Below, piece by piece: positions 60,993 to 64,000 of a stretch of 64,000 nt of DNA. Both the position numbers and the translations under genes were made by a program. The stretch comes from the human T2T-CHM13v2.0 reference genome, Homo sapiens. The DNA lies in assembly GCF_009914755.1 (NCBI RefSeq), contig NC_060931.1, one strand, 5' to 3'. The notes below the pieces were generated by a model. It searched no databases, was not told the DNA's origin, and saw only the letters and a program-made list of their open reading frames with translations. Within the stretch, counting starts at the first letter, position 1; each line of letters begins with the position of its first letter.

Positions 60993-62541
60993 AGGTCCAT
61001 AGGTTGTTCAGGGAGCACTGCACACCATCCACAGCCCCTCACTCCACTTCTGAAACATTTTCCTAAAGAAGCTGAGTCACAGTGAGGGCAAAGGACCAGA
61101 GGCCAGCAGGGCAGCAGCGTAGGCTAAGAATGAATGTGAATAGAAATCAGAGGACCTTGGTGAGAATTCTGGCTCTGGCATTGACTAGCACTGTTGCCTT
61201 GGTTGCCTTTTTGTTGCTCATCTGTGAAATATGAATATTTCAAGTGCTATCTCATTGGAAGATTCTATGATAGTACTATAGAACTGTACATGGTAGTAAC
61301 TGTCATAATTTGTGGCCTTATATTTATCTTTTTGAATCACCATCACCACCATCATCATCAGATGCACTCTAACTTCACTTGGAGGTATTTATTTATGCCC
61401 CCACTTCATTACAAAAATGTTTAAGACATGTTTAAGACAAAGAGAAAAGATTGAGCTTCCAATCTAGTTCCATTTCTAGATGTTTCCTCTTCCTTTCCTG
61501 GTTTAGCAGAGGAAAAACTGGCCTCCTTGTTTCCCCATTCCCCCCCCCACCCCCCCCCCCCTTTCAACCACATGAAGAGGCTGTATTTGATTACACTTCA
61601 GAAGCAGCCTCCGAACCTACTGTGTAGGCATCAAATAGGACAGAAGTGAGCTGTGGCAATGACCATGTCCTCACATGACAACATCTCCCCTGGGGGCTCT
61701 AGTGCCTCCTCCCAGGGGACCCACTCCCAGCTTCTGACTGCCTGATTGGTTTTTCAGCCAGCTGAGCTTCTAGATTCTCCCTGAGATCCACCTCTGGCCC
61801 TGTAAAGGCCTCCTGGTTGCCTCTGTCCTGATCCCCGCACTTAGCTCTGGACTGAAGAATTATCTGGAGATAATGTGCTTTGTCCTCCAGTGTCTGCCTT
61901 TGCAGAGCACCAGCCAGGCGTTTTGTTCCAGGCTGCTCCAGCCACCCTGCTGTGGCTTCCACATGGATGTCCTGATCAGGTCCCCCATCCACCATCCTCC
62001 TGGGCTGTCCTGACCACTCTCGCTGGCCTCTATGTCTCTCTGGGCTTGGCCTGTCAAGGACCTCGATTCACTCTGGACTCTGACCCAGAGTTCGCCTGTA
62101 AAATCCCCACACTTGGCTCTTAGCAAGCAGTGCTTACAAAGTTAGGAAATATTTGTAAAATGCTGCCATGGTATAATGTGAAGCGCTCAAACAAGTCAGG
62201 GCTAATGATGCACTGAGAATTATTTCTAAATTGAGGGCATAAAGAGTTACAGTTCTTCGATTTTAAAAAGCAAAGTGACTTTTAATGCATCAAATCTTAC
62301 TGTAGCCAGAGTACTGTAACTTAGTTTCCATCAGAATGGAAATAAGTAGTTACTGAGCAAGCAGCTGGATGAGCCCTATGCTTGATGATACATATTGAAT
62401 TCCAAGGTAGGCCACAGGCCACTCCTCCCGGGGACAGGATCCATCATCACAGCCACCAGGCCCAATAGTGTGAGCCATGCTAAGAAATGAAATGATATAT
62501 CATTTAGGGCACTGGTGCTTTTCTTTTTTTTTTTTTTTTGA

Positions 62542-62682
<141 letters not shown>

Positions 62683-62862
62683 TAATCTTTTCTTTTTTTT
62701 TTTTTTTTTGAGACGGAGTCTCACTCTGTCAGAGTGCAGTGGCACGATCTCGGCTCACTGCAACCTCTGCCTCCCACTTTCAAGCAATTCTCTGCGTCAG
62801 CCTCCCAAGTAGCTAGGATTACAGGCGCCTGCCACCACGCCCGGCTAATTTTTGTATTTTTA

Positions 62863-62994
<132 letters not shown>

Positions 62995-63578
62995 TCATGT
63001 CTGCAGTTTCAACCCCTTACCCCCAACCCCAAGGTCATGTGTAATCCTGGTATGAATAAATGTAAATGGTGCTTGCTGGCCTTAGGTGTGTGAGAGTCAG
63101 AAGCATCCATTTCACCACTCAGGCCTAAGGTTCTCTATGTCTCACTACCCACCCTGCACCCCAGACCTCACACAGCAACACTCATGAGAGCCACCAAAAT
63201 TGTAACGAAAATATAATGATGACAATGAGGACAAGTCTTTCCTATAACTGAGAAAGTTCTGTGCTAAACATGTTACCTATGGAAATTATTTCAGTGCATT
63301 CTCTGGATTTCACTGAGAAGTAGCTACCATTATTATTCTTATCTCCATCTTATGGAACAGGAAATGGTGACATGGAGCTTCAGTAACTGGCCAACATCAT
63401 CAGACAGCATGGCCCCGGGTCCTGAGCTTTGTCCCTCATGAGTGTCGAGAGTGTTCTGTGTTTCTGCTGGGCACGGTGGCACATGCCTGTAGTCCCAGTC
63501 GCTCAGGAGGCTGAGGTGGGAGGATTGCTTGAACCCAGGAGTTTGAGCAGAGCCTGAGCAACATAGCAAGAAGCCATC

Positions 63579-63609
<31 letters not shown>

Positions 63610-64000
63610 AAATATCTTGCAGAGTAAAAACATAAAACAAAAAAATTAAAAGATTTCTATCACTCTGGAATCCTCATTCGGGATACAGCAAAAAAAAAAA
63701 GATTACTTATTGCAATAGAGAAAACACCAAGTGTCTCTCATACTGAATGTTTTTCCAGATTGCAGGCACTGCAGTGAGCTTTCGTGTTTTCCAAATGCGA
63801 TCATTTCCTTTGTGTCAGTAAGAGCCAAATTATCCTAGTAAACAGGAGTTGCTAGTGGACTTTTTTTTTCTTTTTGAGCTAAATACTTTAGTGTAATATA
63901 ATGTGAACTGCATAACTCTTAAATGGCTAATCTGTTCTTCAGTTTCGTGCAATTAAAGACTAGAAGTGCAAGTCAAATGCCCTAATAAAAGATAATCTAC

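Overview
Primate (human or very close hominoid) genomic DNA, recognisable as the TOMM7-SNHG26/SNORD93 interval (human 7p15.3). The only supportable protein-coding gene is TOMM7 on the minus strand: three coding exons (18709-18607, 13978-13930, 9118-9103) splice through GT-AG junctions to the 55-aa Tom7 protein, with a CpG-island/NRF1 promoter and tandem poly(A) signals. About 32 kb away on the plus strand, a second CpG island drives a 5'TOP-type non-coding snoRNA host gene (SNHG26), which has very small exons and the intronic C/D-box snoRNA SNORD93 (53248-53321). The rest is dense repeat: roughly 50 Alus, many ERV1/ERVL/MaLR solo LTRs, the 3' half of a MER4-group provirus, L1/L2/MIR fragments and DNA transposons. 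Almost all ORFs in the six-frame track are Alu- or repeat-derived noise. I found no evidence for a new multi-gene system. The most unusual signals are local structural events: a ~300-bp inverted templated insertion plus a tandem duplication inside one LTR8; a duplicated target site hit by two different Alu subfamilies; a 128-bp AT-rich palindrome; a MIR-created in-frame splice donor that could give TOMM7 an alternative N-terminus; and an ETS/AP-1 motif cluster inside SNHG26. Repeat subfamily names come from recalled consensus sequences and need RepeatMasker/Dfam confirmation; repeat boundaries are approximate unless a TSD is quoted.
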